Below are positions 45,643-60,519 of a DNA stretch of 64,000 nt, piece after piece. The translations under genes and the position numbers were made by a program. Position 1 is the stretch's first letter; every line of letters begins with the position of its first letter. Where the stretch lies: positions 13,392,001 to 13,456,000 of the forward strand of contig CAIIXF020000001.1 in NCBI GenBank assembly GCA_903813345.2, in the 5' to 3' direction. Below the pieces are notes generated by a model. That model searched no databases, had not been told where the DNA came from, and worked only from the letters and a program-made list of their open reading frames with translations. The DNA comes from Owenia fusiformis. Its lineage: Eukaryota.

Positions 45643-48600
45643 ATGGAAACAGTGAAGCTTGTGCTTCTCGGGGACAAAAGAGCAGGGAAAACCTGCTTAC
45701 TAATAACTTACACCACAGAGTCCTACCCAAAGGAATATATTCCCACAATGTTTGATAACTACGAACATGTCATGCTGATTGATGAAAAGTCTTTTCATAT
45801 TCAGCTCTTTGATTCACTTGTTGGACCGGTAATGAATATTTGGTTTGCTTCTTTGTTTGTTTGTTTGTTTGTTTGTTTACCAATCACCACTGGTCAATAA
45901 AATAAAATAAATAAATGTAGAGGGCATAATTGATGTGATATTTCAGAATTTAGAAAATAAACACTGCCTGTTTCATCAAATAACAATGTAGATAACAACC
46001 ACGTCCACAAAATATAGAATATTTATTTATTTCAGCCCAATTTTCCTGAAGATGCAGATAGATTGAGACCGCTTTCATACCCCAAGACTGATGTATTTTT
46101 CCTATGCTTTGATATTGGATCACCTGACTCATTTGAAAACATACATGAGAAGTGGGTTCCTGAGATCAAACATCATTGTCCTCATACACCCTTCATGCTT
46201 GTTGGCTGCAAATCAGGTGAGAAAAAATTGCAATATATTTTTACAATGTTCTTAGTGTCATTACTGTAGATACGTACTCTTAGTTAGGCTACCATTTTAA
46301 TTTGACGGATTGGCAGATTGAAAAAATCCGCCAAATAAAAATCCGCCAATTTTCGAATGTATTTTGGAAAGTCTCCTAGGAATTTTCGTGCATGCAGTGC
46401 GCTTCTGGAATTAAAATTTGGGGCCTGAACAAAGCTTTATTAATCTAAACAATGGGAATTGAGATTGCTTTCCTTAAAACTAATATTACATAACATTTCA
46501 CTGGTGTAAGCATTATTACTTGGATCTCAGTGCAATACAACTAGCCTACTGAAATTAGTACGCATGACCCGAAGAAAAGGTTATTGCCAGAACAAAGATA
46601 AAGCTCAGTCCTGGATTTGCCAAATTAAACTTTAGTCCTGAATCCGTAAAATTAAATAGCTGCAAAAATTAAGCGAATATATATATATTATATAGTCATA
46701 GATAATCTCAAGAAACTGAACACCTAACATAGTCGTCTTTTGGACTGCAGTTTCAGTGCATCCAGTTTAATGCACATGCCATAATTTCAGAGTATATCAG
46801 TCATTAAATCATGCACCCTTTTAATTGAATTTTAATTTTATCCTTTCTTAGACTGTTTGCTCTAACATGTATATATTATTGTAGATCTTCGTACCTGCCC
46901 CAGCCATGAAGGCAACCCCATAGTGTCCATTCAAGAGGTTGAGGATCTTGCACAGCAACTGGGTTGCAGATATCAAGAAGTCAGTGCTCTAACACAAGAT
47001 GGGGTTCAAGATTGCTTCATTGAAGCTGTAAGTTAGAATCAGTAAAATACATGGATTTACTCAACTGCTCAATGTAGGTGTAATATGTATTTAAGAGTGC
47101 GGTTTTAAATACTTTTCTGATGTTTGACATAATGAAATATGATCACAAAAATTATATTATGACATTGTCTGTTGGAGTATTTTGCATATGACAGGGTTGA
47201 TCATTAAATCATCAGGGTTTTAAATCTTTTTTATGACCCCAGGACCCAGATTGATGATTTCATCTGTTCTGTTTTTATCTAACAGAAATGATAATTTTGT
47301 ACTTCAAAACACATGTTTTTTGTTTCTTCTTGAATCCCACTCAGTAACTTTTTCATTGACTAAAAGAAATCCACAATTTATAATAAACATGGGCTTAAAA
47401 AGCAAAATATGATTGATAAGTAGAATAAAGACTTTTGAAATAAGAATTGTGCACATACATATTACATATACACTTGTATTGTAGGGGAGATTGGCTGTTA
47501 TTCATAAGGGACACACCAGACTGAAGAAGAAGGGCCTTCCAATCCCACCTGTCATGCCTCCTGCAGGTAAGAATGAGACAACTGCAACATTATGTCTCAT
47601 TTATAGCTATTGAGCTATAGATATTTATTTCCGTGGTATCCTAGAGTGTAGATAAAGAGTAATACTTGCATTTATTGTGAATATAAATAATTTATGGACA
47701 TTTTCACAAAATTGTTAATTGATAACATTGATTGATAATATAAACTAATTTATTGTTTGAGCTTAAATTTTTACTTTTTTCAATTCAATTTTGGATCTGT
47801 AACAGTATTTTATAGATACATATCACATAATATTATATATGTATACATTACATGGAATTGTACTTCTCAAGAAAAAGTACCTTGCCCAGAGATAGAAACA
47901 TCTACATTTGCTGAACAGTGGCTCAAGCTACTAAAGAATCCCTCATATGCAGATGTAACATTCAAAGTTGGCCACCATGAGCTGCTTGCTCATAAAATCA
48001 TCCTTTGTGCTGCCTCGGAAACCTTCAGGAAACTAATCAATATAACGCCAGACTTTGAAGTAAGTTTAATCAAATGCTACAAATGAATTGTAATGACAAA
48101 ACATCAACTTTGTGCAAACATATCAAATTAGTTCACTATAGAGGTTGTTACACGACTGCTGCTATGTGATGAGCTTTATGTATAGTCCAGTTTGCTAGGA
48201 TGTTGTTGTGCATATTTTTCAGATAAACCAATTAGAGCCTGTAAAATATGATAATACTTCAGGGAAAATTGCAGCTAAGTTGGTGCCAGGTTTGGAGAAT
48301 GCGTGTCACGATTCTAATGATAACACTATTATTACTCTTAGAGAAGATATCACCTATGAGGCATTTGTACATGTTCTAGAGTTTATCTATACAGGTAGGT
48401 ATAATGATAATTGGATTCAAATTCGTAAATAGTTATTGTTAAGTTTGTTCTGGCAATGCATTTTATGCAGAAAAATCAGTTGGCTTGATATAATTTTATT
48501 TTATTTCTGTAAAGCATTTAATGATTAAATATATTAACTTAGAGAAGATATCACCTACCAGTATTTCTTCTTAAAGGAGTCCCTTTATTGAAAGATGAGA

Positions 48601-51153
48601 CCCCCGCAGATGACCTTCATGACCTGAAGCATGCCGCAATCACATTCAACCTACCCCAGCTTGTGACCATATGCGAGAACATTGAGCAGAACATGGAGTT
48701 CCTCAATCCAAGTATAGGGACATACCTAAATCATGAAACAGAGGCAAAGCTGAAGAAGATGTTCTTGAACAAACCTTTATTGGCAGATATTGTCTTCCTT
48801 ATTGAAGGTAGCCATCATCCCATAAAATAAGTTTTTACTCTCAAACTATGCAACCAGGAAGTAATATTTGTATTGTATTGTATTGTATTTGTATATAGGA
48901 TTGTTTTATTATCCCATCGAACTAAGTTCGGAGGGATATAGGGAACGCCTCCGTCCGTCCGTTAGTGACGATTTTACAGTAATTTAGGTGCAATATGTAA
49001 AACTGTAATAGCAATATGTTTTAAATGTAAAAAAAATTATAAAGGACATAAATAATGCTACAAATGTAGATATTAAAAAGCACATGGCAGCCATCTTGAA
49101 AAATGGCGGCCTTTACTCGTCATTTTACGATTTTTGCTGTAACTCTAAAAATAGTGGAGCGATTTTGTTCATATTTGATGCGTGAATACTATAAGCATTG
49201 CACACTGTCTAAAGACACTTTTGGTAGAAGGCGGCCATTTTGAAAAATGGCCGCCATTTTAACATATTTTGCTATAACTCGAAAAGTAGTGGAGCGATTT
49301 TGTTCATATTTGGTATGTGAATACTATAAGCATGGCACACTGTCCTATGACACTTTTGGTAGAAGGCGGCCATTTTGAAAACAATTTTGAAAAATGGCCG
49401 CCATTTTAATGTATTTTACTATAACTCGAAAAGTAGTGGAGCGATTTTGTTCATATTTGGTATGTGAATACTATAAGCATGGCACACTGTCCTATGACAC
49501 TTTTGGTAGAAGGCGGCCATTTTGAAAACAATTTTGAAAAATGGCCGCCATTTTAACGTATTTTACTAATACTCGAAAAGTAGTGGAGCGATTTTGTTCA
49601 TATTTGGTATGTGAATACTATAAGTGGAACAACGTCTATTTCTAATGACGTTTTTGGTAGAAGGTGGCCATTTTGAAAAATGGCCACCATTTAACATATT
49701 TTACTATAACTCGAAAAGTAGTGGAGCGATTTTGTTCGTATTTGATATGTGAATACTTTAAGCATGGCACATTGTCTAATAAAACTTTGGGGAGTAGTCG
49801 GCCATTTTGAAAGTATTTACAAGTACGTGTGCGATTTTTCAAAAGATTTTAGAGGTGGCTACTTAAAAGCATATTATTTCTTCTGATGACAACTTGGCTA
49901 GTGAGCAACCATTTTGAAAATGGTGGCCTTTCTGGTGTTTTGTTTTAATATTTGCGCTTCGTTTGTAAAAATGCCAGCCATTTCTGTTCGATGGGATTCG
50001 CTACGCTTTGGCGTTGCCATTGTTCTTTTTACAATTGGCATGATTTTATGGCACCACCACAATATTGTTATAGTTTCCAACTTTTTTGCACTTCATATAA
50101 ATATAAATAATTTATACATGAATGTAATTTGAGATTTTTGTTCATTATCTCAGTGTATGTCTATGTATATTCCAGGTACCAAGGTGTTTGCTCATAAAAC
50201 AGTGGTAACGACCAGATGTGAAGTTTTTGCTGCAATGTTTAGTGGTCATTATACTGAGACCTCACAGGGATCTTGCACAGAGGTATTTTGCTATTCCACA
50301 ATGCTATCCCAAGCTTATTGTTATCTCACATACACAAAGTACAAAAATAAGTTGTGGTATGGTACCAAAATCACATGCTATACTGTAATAGGAGGATTAA
50401 ACCAAAAACAAATATTTTTTAATTTTTCAGGTTGAGATTAGTGGGACAAGTCTAGCAACATTTCTTGCCTTACTGGAGTACCTTTACACTGATCACTCCC
50501 CCATCGAGGAGAATGACTCCATTGAAATCCTCGTCCTTGCCAACCAGTATTGTCAGACAAGACTAATCAACCTATGTGAACTGTACATCACTAAAGAAGT
50601 TGAGCATTCAATGGCTAAGTCGATTGAAAGTTCAGACATTGATGTTATAGATCTACTAATATCTTGCCAGGTGGGTTAAAAAGAGAAATATAGTAAAACC
50701 ATGTACAAGTATGATACACTGTATTCATCTATTGTGGATGAAAATTGAAAACTGAATTTTCAGTGTAGTGTTCAAACATTATTTTTGAGTACTAAATATA
50801 TTGAAGAATATAGTCTTATTTTTCATCATTGAAGTTTCTTAACATACTTGTCAATCTCCCTCAGACATCTGATGTAATGAAACAACATACCTTGTAACCT
50901 TTTCCAGGATCATAATGCTCACCAGCTCGCCAAATGGTGCCTACATTTCATAGCTACTAACTACAGTTCATTTATGAACCATCCAAAATTCCCTCTACTT
51001 GTCGGCAGTAACCTTGAATATATAGAGGAACATAGGTGGCCTCCAGTATCATACCTTGATAAGGTTGAGGAATACAATCAATTGATATCAATAAAGAAAC
51101 GAAGCAGAATATCTAAATTCTTCAGCTGTGTGTTCTCTAAAGTAGGAAAATAG
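45643..51153 (+). CDS. RhoBTB: Second RhoBTB / RacA-type paralog with atypical G domain, 10 coding exons, ~591 aa
   Basis: Exons 45643-45828, 46036-46216, 46885-47027, 47485-47566, 47872-48059, 48223-48394, 48577-48807, 50176-50282, 50431-50670, 50908-51153. Same intron phases as copy 1 and no stops or frameshifts. Confidence 0.9.
48909..50026 (+). mobile_element. HINE-like family A copy in intron 7 of RhoBTB-2
   Basis: atcccatcgaac...ccgtccgtccg, ~135-146-bp tandem units, gttcgatgggat plus hairpin; T-rich flanks. Confidence 0.75.
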
Positions 51154-54100
51154 ATGACAGAGTAACTTAAACATAGGAAATATAGTAATGTAGGAAATAA
51201 AGAGTAACTTACAGTATATACTGTATAGAAACTTCTCCAGATGCATATATAAGATGAACATCTTTATTAGGAGAATGTTGATAAGCTATAAAACACAAAT
51301 TGACAGTCATCGTATATTAGGACTGTACTACTCATTACTTTGGACCAATCAAAAGTAAGATGCTGATATTTTCTGAATTCAGATTACTTTCACAATGTCT
51401 TGTGGACATTTGAAGGAAAACAATGAAAATGTGAAATGACACTATTTACCCACTACTAAGTGAACTTGTAACTGTTTAAAAATATTTTTGACAAACATTT
51501 TTATTTTAGATAGATGTCACTGGAAAATTGTTGCAATATTTTGGTAAATATCATTGTAGACTGCGCACATAGTCACGATAGTTCACATGTGCAATATAAC
51601 TATTATGATCTGATTATTTATTCAGTTTCGAAACAGAGGTTGAAACATTTTAATGTGCAATATTTTATATTTTTGCTATATTTGGAGTAGAAAATGACAG
51701 GTTGAACCAATAACTGACATTGGTTGATGTTTCCTTTCACAAGTTAAAGCCTTCGTTTATACACTCTAGAAACTAAGAATTCAAATAAAATTTGTAAAAT
51801 ATGTAAATAATTTATTCTGAGCTTGTGTTAGATAACTACAATGTCAGACAAATACCAGCAAAGTAATTTGTATATATGGACATCCAGCTAACCTATCTGT
51901 ATTAATAGTCTATAAAACACGATCCTTCTATAAAAGTAAATTAATTCCTTCCTTGGCATTTCTGTTGATTGCAGTTCTGTTACAGTTTAATGCAGATTTA
52001 TTAGCCCACAGACAATTTTTATTTCCACCCAGTACAAGCTAGACTGAACCATGAACTTGAGGTACTGTAAATACATACATACGGGGTTTATCCTAAGGGA
52101 ATGTATGTCTCAATCTCAGATTTCTTCCTACGTAGGTACATTCCCTGAGGGATAAAACCTGTTATAAAAAACGTCTATACATATCAGATGTATCCCATAC
52201 CTAATGTGACTCTAGGTACATTATACCTTCTAAGGTTACAACATTTTAGCTAATGGATTTTCATGTAATACTATACTAATAATGATTTCAAAGTATAATT
52301 TTATTTATATTGCTTAAAGTTAAAACTTCCCTCGCTTTATGCACTGAGAACTTCGGTATTGAATACATACAGACATTTACGGATATTATGTGACATATGT
52401 AGGATATATAGTTACATATTCGGGTGTCAGATAATATAAAGAGACCATGGAAGTTAATGGGAAATATAAATGGAATGATAAGGTGTTTCCTCCTCACCCT
52501 AACGTAATTGTAGCAGATTCATTTTCGAGATAACTCCCTTTCTAGTTATATATATAATATATTGCAACGTGACTTTTTTTATCATCATCATTGACATCGT
52601 CATCAATATTTTAGGGCGCATAGGTTTAGTTTTGAGTTATAATATAATTATTCATCTTTAGTAATTATTTTATGTGGAGTGATCCAAGGGAGATTGCATC
52701 AAATGAGAAATCAATGTTACAGCTATATTTCCACTTGCACATATACACTGCCCATCACTCTGTAAGCTGTATTAAACATTTTGTATGCCTGGGGTTGTAT
52801 CTTATTAATCTGTGGATCTGAGCGTAATACACGAAAGCATAAAAATGAATGTTTTTTTTACATCTTGATTCACAAGGTTTTAGTTGCTCCAACTTCACCT
52901 TGATAATCTAACAATGAATCCGCATTTACTGAGTAAACTTTTGATTGGTTCGATGATCACAGTGATGATAATCTTCTCGAGCATGACACACCACACTTAC
53001 TTAGGTCCAAAGCCTTCTCTATATCCCGTAAGCTAGAGACTCGAGTAACACCATACAGTAACAGGATAGAAAAATATGCATCTGCAGCCAAGATGTGTAA
53101 TAACACATAGGAAGTGAAGATGCTTTTTTGATAATTTAGCTGAATTTTGATCGATAGCATTCTGATTTAATCGGGATAGGCTAGATCAAAGGATCATCTC
53201 AAACCCGATGAGTGTAGTGTAGATAAAGCTTTTCAATTTTTAAATAAGTCCTATTTGTTTTGAAGGACCACTCTCTTCCTTGTTGGCTGCTATTTTATTC
53301 TGAGTGTCATCCTTTGTCTCAATAAACTCAGGAAACAAGTTGACAGTGATGGACCAGTTGCAGACTCATTTGCTTCCTGTCTTGAATGGGAACTTAGTGT
53401 CATGGTTAAGTTAGATCTCTCCATTGTGCATCATGTCATAAAGTCACATTTATAACATGCTAAGGTCCCGGGCTAAGGTGTTAATTCTATGCTCTGATGG
53501 TACAAGGCTTCAAATCGATGGGTACTTCTTGAGATTCTGGATTATTCGAGATGTTTCCTTTGGCCTTACCTTACACACTTGTAATAAATGCTTTAATGAT
53601 GGCATCGTCATTTACTTGTGTTTGAGTTAATAGGTATTGCTTGTTCAACTAAACATATCACCTGGCAATGTCGGGTAATGTCCCGGGGTAATGTCCGGGG
53701 GTAATGTACACGTTTCATTATTCCATATCCGCTTTATACAATCTCACGAGAACAAAGGACTTTAGATAAAGAGGGATTCTAATAGATGAGATTGTTCATA
53801 TTTGCTTCTTTTCATCTTACGCCAAATAGGTTGAGTTTTAGACGTGCCTTTAAATTGAGTATTCTTCGTTGAAATTGTGAGTATTAGTCAAATGCAAAGT
53901 GGTTTTAATGACAGATTATTATTCTCTATTGCATCCCACGGGGTTCTCATTCCATTTGAAGTACCATTTGTACATCTTACATGTCAATTTGCTCTGAAGA
54001 TCCAGCTTTTCAAGAATTTACTACATGGTGTATTGTTCTCACACCATTATGTTTTTACTCTGATGTTCTTCATTCTTGACAACCAAATTCAATACAGAAA

Positions 54101-54939
54101 AAGGCAAGACTTCACCTTATTAATAAGTGAGCCACTGCCCTGTTTAATAACCGCTTCAAAAACCACTCTAATTCCCTCACCTTACACAGGGACACTCTCA
54201 GGTATTTAAAGTCATCAGGGATACAATCATAATTATGTGCATTATTTGGTTACAACAAAACCTGTGTATGTGAGCACCTCTACAGGTGAAGACCAGTTTT
54301 TTATTTTTAAACCTCTTTACTCTTACAAATTGTAATAATTGTCTCTTAGTGGAATATATTATATATTCTCTTATCTGCCTGCTGGTACGCGATACATCAT
54401 CTATTCGACGCTTGTGATGGGTTAATTTCGTGTTATTCAGCAGCATATCACATCAAGTCGGCTATGATGTTGCTATTTATCATATCAATACTGTGGAAAT
54501 GTTGACAGAACAGAATTTGCAAAAATATCGAATAAGATATACTCTTAACCAGGACAGTATTTGCATCGCCTGCATCTCACAGCATATCGATGGATCTGAC
54601 ACCATCACTAATATATTACGTTGTCATATCATTCCGATATGTTATGCACGATCATAATTGGGACTGGGAGGCATCGTATGAATGTCCTTCATCGGTCCCC
54701 ACTAAACTGTAGTTATAGGATGCAATTATTAATTACTGTCCAATCATTGCACAGTATTTCCATGCTATGTCAGGTTACTAGACCTGGTTGCAGGGTAATA
54801 TTTGAAAACACGACATTGTGTGCAAAACTATAATTAAATATCATTAATAATGAACCAAGTCTAAGTGTGAGTTGGTCCTTGCAAAGAGGTTTGAACCGTT
54901 TCTGGTTTGATTCCATTTCCATTTAGGTGCGAAAACTCA

Positions 54940-55300
54940 CTTTTATCAATTAGCGATAAATTTGATAATTATCAACTATCGATAATTTTTATCAATTCGT
55001 GATAAATTTGATAATTTTGATACAGGGCATACATTGAATTAACACTATCTGATAATATCAGCTAAATTTGATTATTATCAATTATCGATAATTTTTATCA
55101 ATTAGCGATATATTTGACCAAAACATTTTTAGCAATAAAAGCGATAGTTTTGATAATCATCAAATTTATCAATTTTAGCTGATATTATCAGCTAATGCTA
55201 GTTTCGCTTAGGCCCTTTTCTCTGAAAATCAACTTCAGACCCAAAAACTTTTAGCGATAAAAACGATAGTTTTGATAAAAGTAAATTCATCACCATTAGC
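54940..55300. repeat. Degenerate GATA/TATC-rich direct and inverted repeat cluster
   Basis: Recurrent atcaattagcgataaatttgataatt / gcgatagttttgataa motifs in both orientations. Confidence 0.55.
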
Positions 55301-55612
55301 GAGTAATGTAGTTCAAATCACATGGCTTCCATGAAAAACATGTTTTTCGGATTTAGACAAGTTTATCAGAAATAACGAAACTTTTTGTTAAAAACTTCCA
55401 TTGAAATAACATGGGGGCTGGAGAAATTAGCAAATAAAATAGACTTTCCGCATCTGAAGCTAAACAAATATACAAGAACCTCTTGCTTTAAAGCACCCAC
55501 AGGTGGAATCCTAGGCGTAAATCCTTTTTGTCACGTATCATATCAATATATCATAATAAATCATTGAGTGTCATCGATTGTGTAATAATTCATTTATATC
55601 TGCAATGTAATA

Positions 55613-56679
55613 CAGGGTGTTCCAAAAGTAACAGGACTGGTGCTGGCATTTTGTCAATTTTGCCATGAGTGTCTTGACATTTTCAAAAATTGTACTTTGA
55701 AGTATTGCAACTAAAGTTGTAAAGTTTCAGAAAAAATGATGAAATGCGGTTAGAGTTATGGTTACTATAGTAACATGACATCCCAATACCCGGGGCAACT
55801 TTTTTCCTGAAAATGTGATATCTAACATTTTTCTACTTCTGAAGAACGTATCTAATTCACCTATCATAATACAACATTCCTTGTTTATTTTATTAGTTCC
55901 TTTGTTGTAAAATGTTGCTATACAACTCAGATTCAAGTAAAATTTCATGATAATAATATTTATTCAATTTCCTGGAATATCACTATGTACAACAGTCTGA
56001 ACAATTCACGGTTGAGTTTTTGAAAAGACTCAATTTGAAGCCAGTCATCCACCTTGATAGCGCGCCTGCCCGCAGGTCACCATTAAAGACCATGCAGCTA
56101 TTAAGAGGAGCTAGATCTTGAGGTCTAAAACCATGCACCATACTCTTCTGATCATGCAATATCTAATTTTTACTTTTATATGGGGAATGGAATGCTAATC
56201 AGTGCTGTAAGACCTTTACAGATGAGAATGCCCTTCTCCAAACTGTCCAATCGACCCTGCGTGACATGTCCTCAAATTGGTTCACTCATGTGTTTGGGTC
56301 ATGGATACAGAGTACCACTCTTGTACTGACCACTGAGGAGCCTAGCCCAAAGTAGAGGATCCATAGGAATATCAAATGATGTAAAACAAATGTAATTCCC
56401 ACCAGTTGTTGCATTTCAACTTTGATATGGCATGTACAAAATGATATGGGATGTACAAAATGCTTAATGTCTCTGCAACTTTTTGCGTGGAATATTCCCC
56501 GGGTATTGCGATGTCATGTTACTATAGCAACCATAACTCTACCCGAGTTTCATATATTTTGTCGAAACTTTGCAGTCTTAGTGACGATACATGAAAGAAC
56601 ATTATGTAATATTTTGAAGACGATTGGTGCATATTTAACAAAATGCCAGAACCAATCCTGTTACTTTTGGAACACCCTG
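55613..56679. mobile_element. Tc1/mariner-type non-autonomous element with ~200-bp TIRs
   Basis: TA-cagggtgttccaaaagtaacagga... / ...tcctgttacttttggaacaccctg-TA; the inverted match extends through gttactatagtaacatgaca / tgtcatgttactatagcaac. Confidence 0.8.
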
Positions 56680-59600
56680 TATATTGTCTTGTATACACAC
56701 ATTCGGGTTAACAAGGCATTGCGTTTCATAATTTTGTTCGTGATCGATTGATTCTCTTCTCATTTATCATCTACATAAAATTCCACTAAATCTACTCCAG
56801 GTCGAGGTGAAATAACTTCATTGTTTTGGGAGTAGTTCATTGTCTCGAGAAATCTGTCAGGACCTGGTGAAAACTCTACAATACATCACTCAATGTACAG
56901 AGTACGTCTATCTGGGGACTTATATTCGGTCTGGGGAATTAGGACATTAACACTGGAGCCTGATCGCGTTTAACTTGGAGAACGCTAATATCGGTAAGTG
57001 GTTAAATTTACATTGGACCATGACTGCATGAGGAGGAATATTAATTATTTTTTAGGAGCTCATATTTTTGGTGTTATAATACGTGTGTAGAAATTGGGAG
57101 GAAATCATTACTGTGAATCCAAATGAAAAGGGTCGTTGAGCTTAATGAAGAAATGGAATTTCTATAGACCTTGGAAAAAATGAATCACCAATTATTTGAA
57201 GGAATGTATTGATCAGGTCCTCGAGGCTGTATGGCTATAGCTATCCGTTGAGATGCGGAAGTAGATAAAACAAATTGGTTCTCACTTCAAACATATCACA
57301 CTCCATCCATCGAGGTAAGTCACGCCTTTTAAATATCTGTCCTTGTTCGATGCAACAGTACCCTGCGTGCAGAGTATAGTTAACTTCAGACGAAGCTCTC
57401 TTTTAGGAAGCGAAGTCGAACGAATGCAAAGGGTAATGCAACAAAGATATATGCTATGAGACTGAGAGATGCTATCACCAAGTTAAATGCATTCTAATAC
57501 ATCCTTTTTCATAATGCTCGAATTGGTCCCCGGTTTATAGTTTTCCTCAAAATGGAAGATGGAGTAAAACATACTTCTACATTGTTAATGTCGTAACTTC
57601 CTCCTTAATCAAACGTCTCCCCTCCTTCCTCTCTACCCCTATCTATTCCCTTATCCAGAGAAATGTACACGACACTTTACCATTTTGATCGCATTTTACT
57701 TTTATTGTTAAATATACTAGTTCTTATACATATTAATATAGTGTTAATGACTATAAATTAAAAATAAAAACTGACTCCAAAACTCCATACATTGTGAAGA
57801 TTAAATATCGAGTAGGGGGTAAGGGCAACCAATATGTCAATTAAACCTCTAAGTAGCGTCTATTAGTAGCTTTGTGCTATTATCTTGATTTATTACAACC
57901 TGCCTTATATTCAAAGAACAGCAACATCAAAAACCTCTCCTGTGAATAATAAATATTTCAGCAGTAGTTAACATATTGGTAAAATGGAGAAGGAATGATA
58001 TATAGGGAACTGGAAGACAAAACTGAAATGCACGTATGTATATGAGAAAGATTTGAGAAAATGTTCAGACTTCCATTTCTATTAAATCTGATGCATTGAA
58101 CGTGGCTGAACTTTTGAGTGTGGGGGCAGTGTAGCAGCAATTTCAGCAGTACTGCAAGTAATAACATAATAGGCCTATATATTACAGGATTGTAAAATGC
58201 AATCCGACTCCTACGTGTGTGGATTTAATACATGATGAAAGTGATTTGTAAACGTAAAAGAAGAAAGGGTATGTAGACATTTAAACATGTTCAATTTGTC
58301 GAAAATATTTGAAAAAAGTAACCCACTACCAAGAATCTTTTTACCTGTTCATTTGAATGGTATTTTCTCTTCTCTTATGCTTATCTAAACCTTGTGCCAA
58401 AGGTAGATTTTGCCATTGTTCTTTCAAAACCTTTTAAGCAAACATTCTTCCTTGGACATTATCATCTTAAGTATTTCATAGAACTACAAGGGGGGCTCAA
58501 AGTGGGCGGATCGTTTTATTTTCAATATAAATCATAAATTAGGCTACATCATATCGCAAGGGTTCTGATGACCTTGACCTTTCGAAATTATCTTATGGCC
58601 GAAATGATTGAAAATCTGAAAATGGCATTTCGATTTTGACCCCTCCCCAGACGAATTAGCTAATAAAAAGTGTAATACTGTCGGAATATGTGTTTTACGA
58701 TCAAGTAGCATTCATCTTCGTTAGCTCTATTTGCAGTACAAATATATCAACATACATAATGATACAGGTTGACAGAAGTAATGAGAAAACCAAAAAGAGT
58801 ATCCACCAGTTATACCCAAGACTGGAGACTATTCGTTATTTGTAAACCTAAAATAGAAATTGAGAATCCATTATTCAAATAGCCAAACGGAATACTACTA
58901 GATATAGTACCCATAAAACAGCTCTAGGACCATCAAGATCGATTGTCAACAAAAGATCCCTTCGCTATTAGACAGTGCATTAGCAGATCTTGTTGAAAAT
59001 GGTAAATCCGATAGAAGCCCCTAGGACATCAATCTCTCTAAAATTTGCATATTACTGGATTTACATTGAGGTTGTGATAAATGGAAGAGGTTCTAAAACG
59101 AAATTCTTATTACCTTACTCAGTAAGATTGACACCAATATGACATCGGATTAGTGTAACAAGACATGACGCCTATGTGGCATGACATCGGATCAATATAT
59201 CCGATGTCATCTGTATGATGATATCTCTGTAAATCTAAGGGTCCATGTGCCCCACTTTTCCTTATTGCCGGGGCTGAAAGTGCAAATGAGATCATCATCT
59301 CCAAAGCGAATTTGCAAAACTAATTGTAATAGCAAATCTTGGAAAGAACGTATATGAGGCAACTGGGTTCTTTTTATTACACACTCAATGTACGAGGGAT
59401 TTTCAAATGGGGATTTTGTTCTATGGATTAACAGATAGTTCTGACTCATATTCCATATCAGAGTTAGACTTTGTTGGGCGAGAAAACATCAGGAATTTGA
59501 ATCCATATCCTGGGTCGGAATTCCAGAGCATTGCACTGAGAGAAGCCAACTTTTGTAAGATCCTTAGTATTTAATATCAACCAAAGTAAACGTGTTTTGT

Positions 59601-60519
59601 CATCAGTAATCTCAGGAGAATCCACGATCGTATATCAGCCACTAAAGCGTATAATAACTCTCCATTTTGCAAATGTACACATTTCTCTTGAGATATGTCA
59701 AACTACCATGGAATGAATACTTTCATGAATGATTTCCTGATGAAATTGCCAATTTAGAGGCACGAGAAGGAACGAGAATAATGTTGAAAACATGGTCATA
59801 ATTTCACAATATCTTTGCTTTCATCATTCCATGCAATTTCTAAAACGTCAATCAGTTTTGACTTAAATAATTCAGGACAATCTTTCGATTTCTAAGGTTA
59901 TCTGGCGACTTTTTAAAAAGAGGAACTTCGTATGTTTGATCAAATATCGCAGTAAAAGAAATAATTATAATGGAAACATCACCATGCTTTTTCAAAAGAT
60001 TGCTTTCAATATTGAACACATTCCATCCCTTTGACTAGTCAGACTACCTTATTAGCTCGTTCAGTCGTTTGTTGAGACATATTTCGTGCTCCAACGCAAT
60101 ACAATCGAACGATAGGTCACTTTGACTTTTATTGCTACACTTCTCCCGTTAATGACTAGAAATGGTTCATCCTCGCATATCCTCAGTTATTGCTCTTAGT
60201 GTGTTCAATTAAACTCTAAGACTCGCAGAACGACGGGGTGCTTGCAGGAATGTTAAGGAGTGCTCGTTTTGATAAACGAGACATCGTGTTTTAAACATGT
60301 GCTTGATCAACCAACTGCAATGTGGTGAATTTGGACATGTGACGCAGACACGTTATGAATTCACAAGTAGTTGATAAAACCAAAGAGCTAAGCCAACCGA
60401 CTTTTCAATTACAGGGAGTGAAATTAGTTTTTTCTCTTTCCAGCAACAGACGTTGGTTACTAAGCAGGAATGATTGCATCAACAATGTATATTTTAGCCG
60501 CTATGTGTAGACACTCGAG

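Noticed and set aside
45643-51153. RhoBTB-2 as a pseudogene or haplotype mis-assembly
   Set aside because: All exons are open with conserved phases, and the introns differ entirely from copy 1.
53877-54833. Several 70-110-aa ORFs in the intergenic region
   Set aside because: No recognisable motifs, no consistent splice chain, non-ATG starts.
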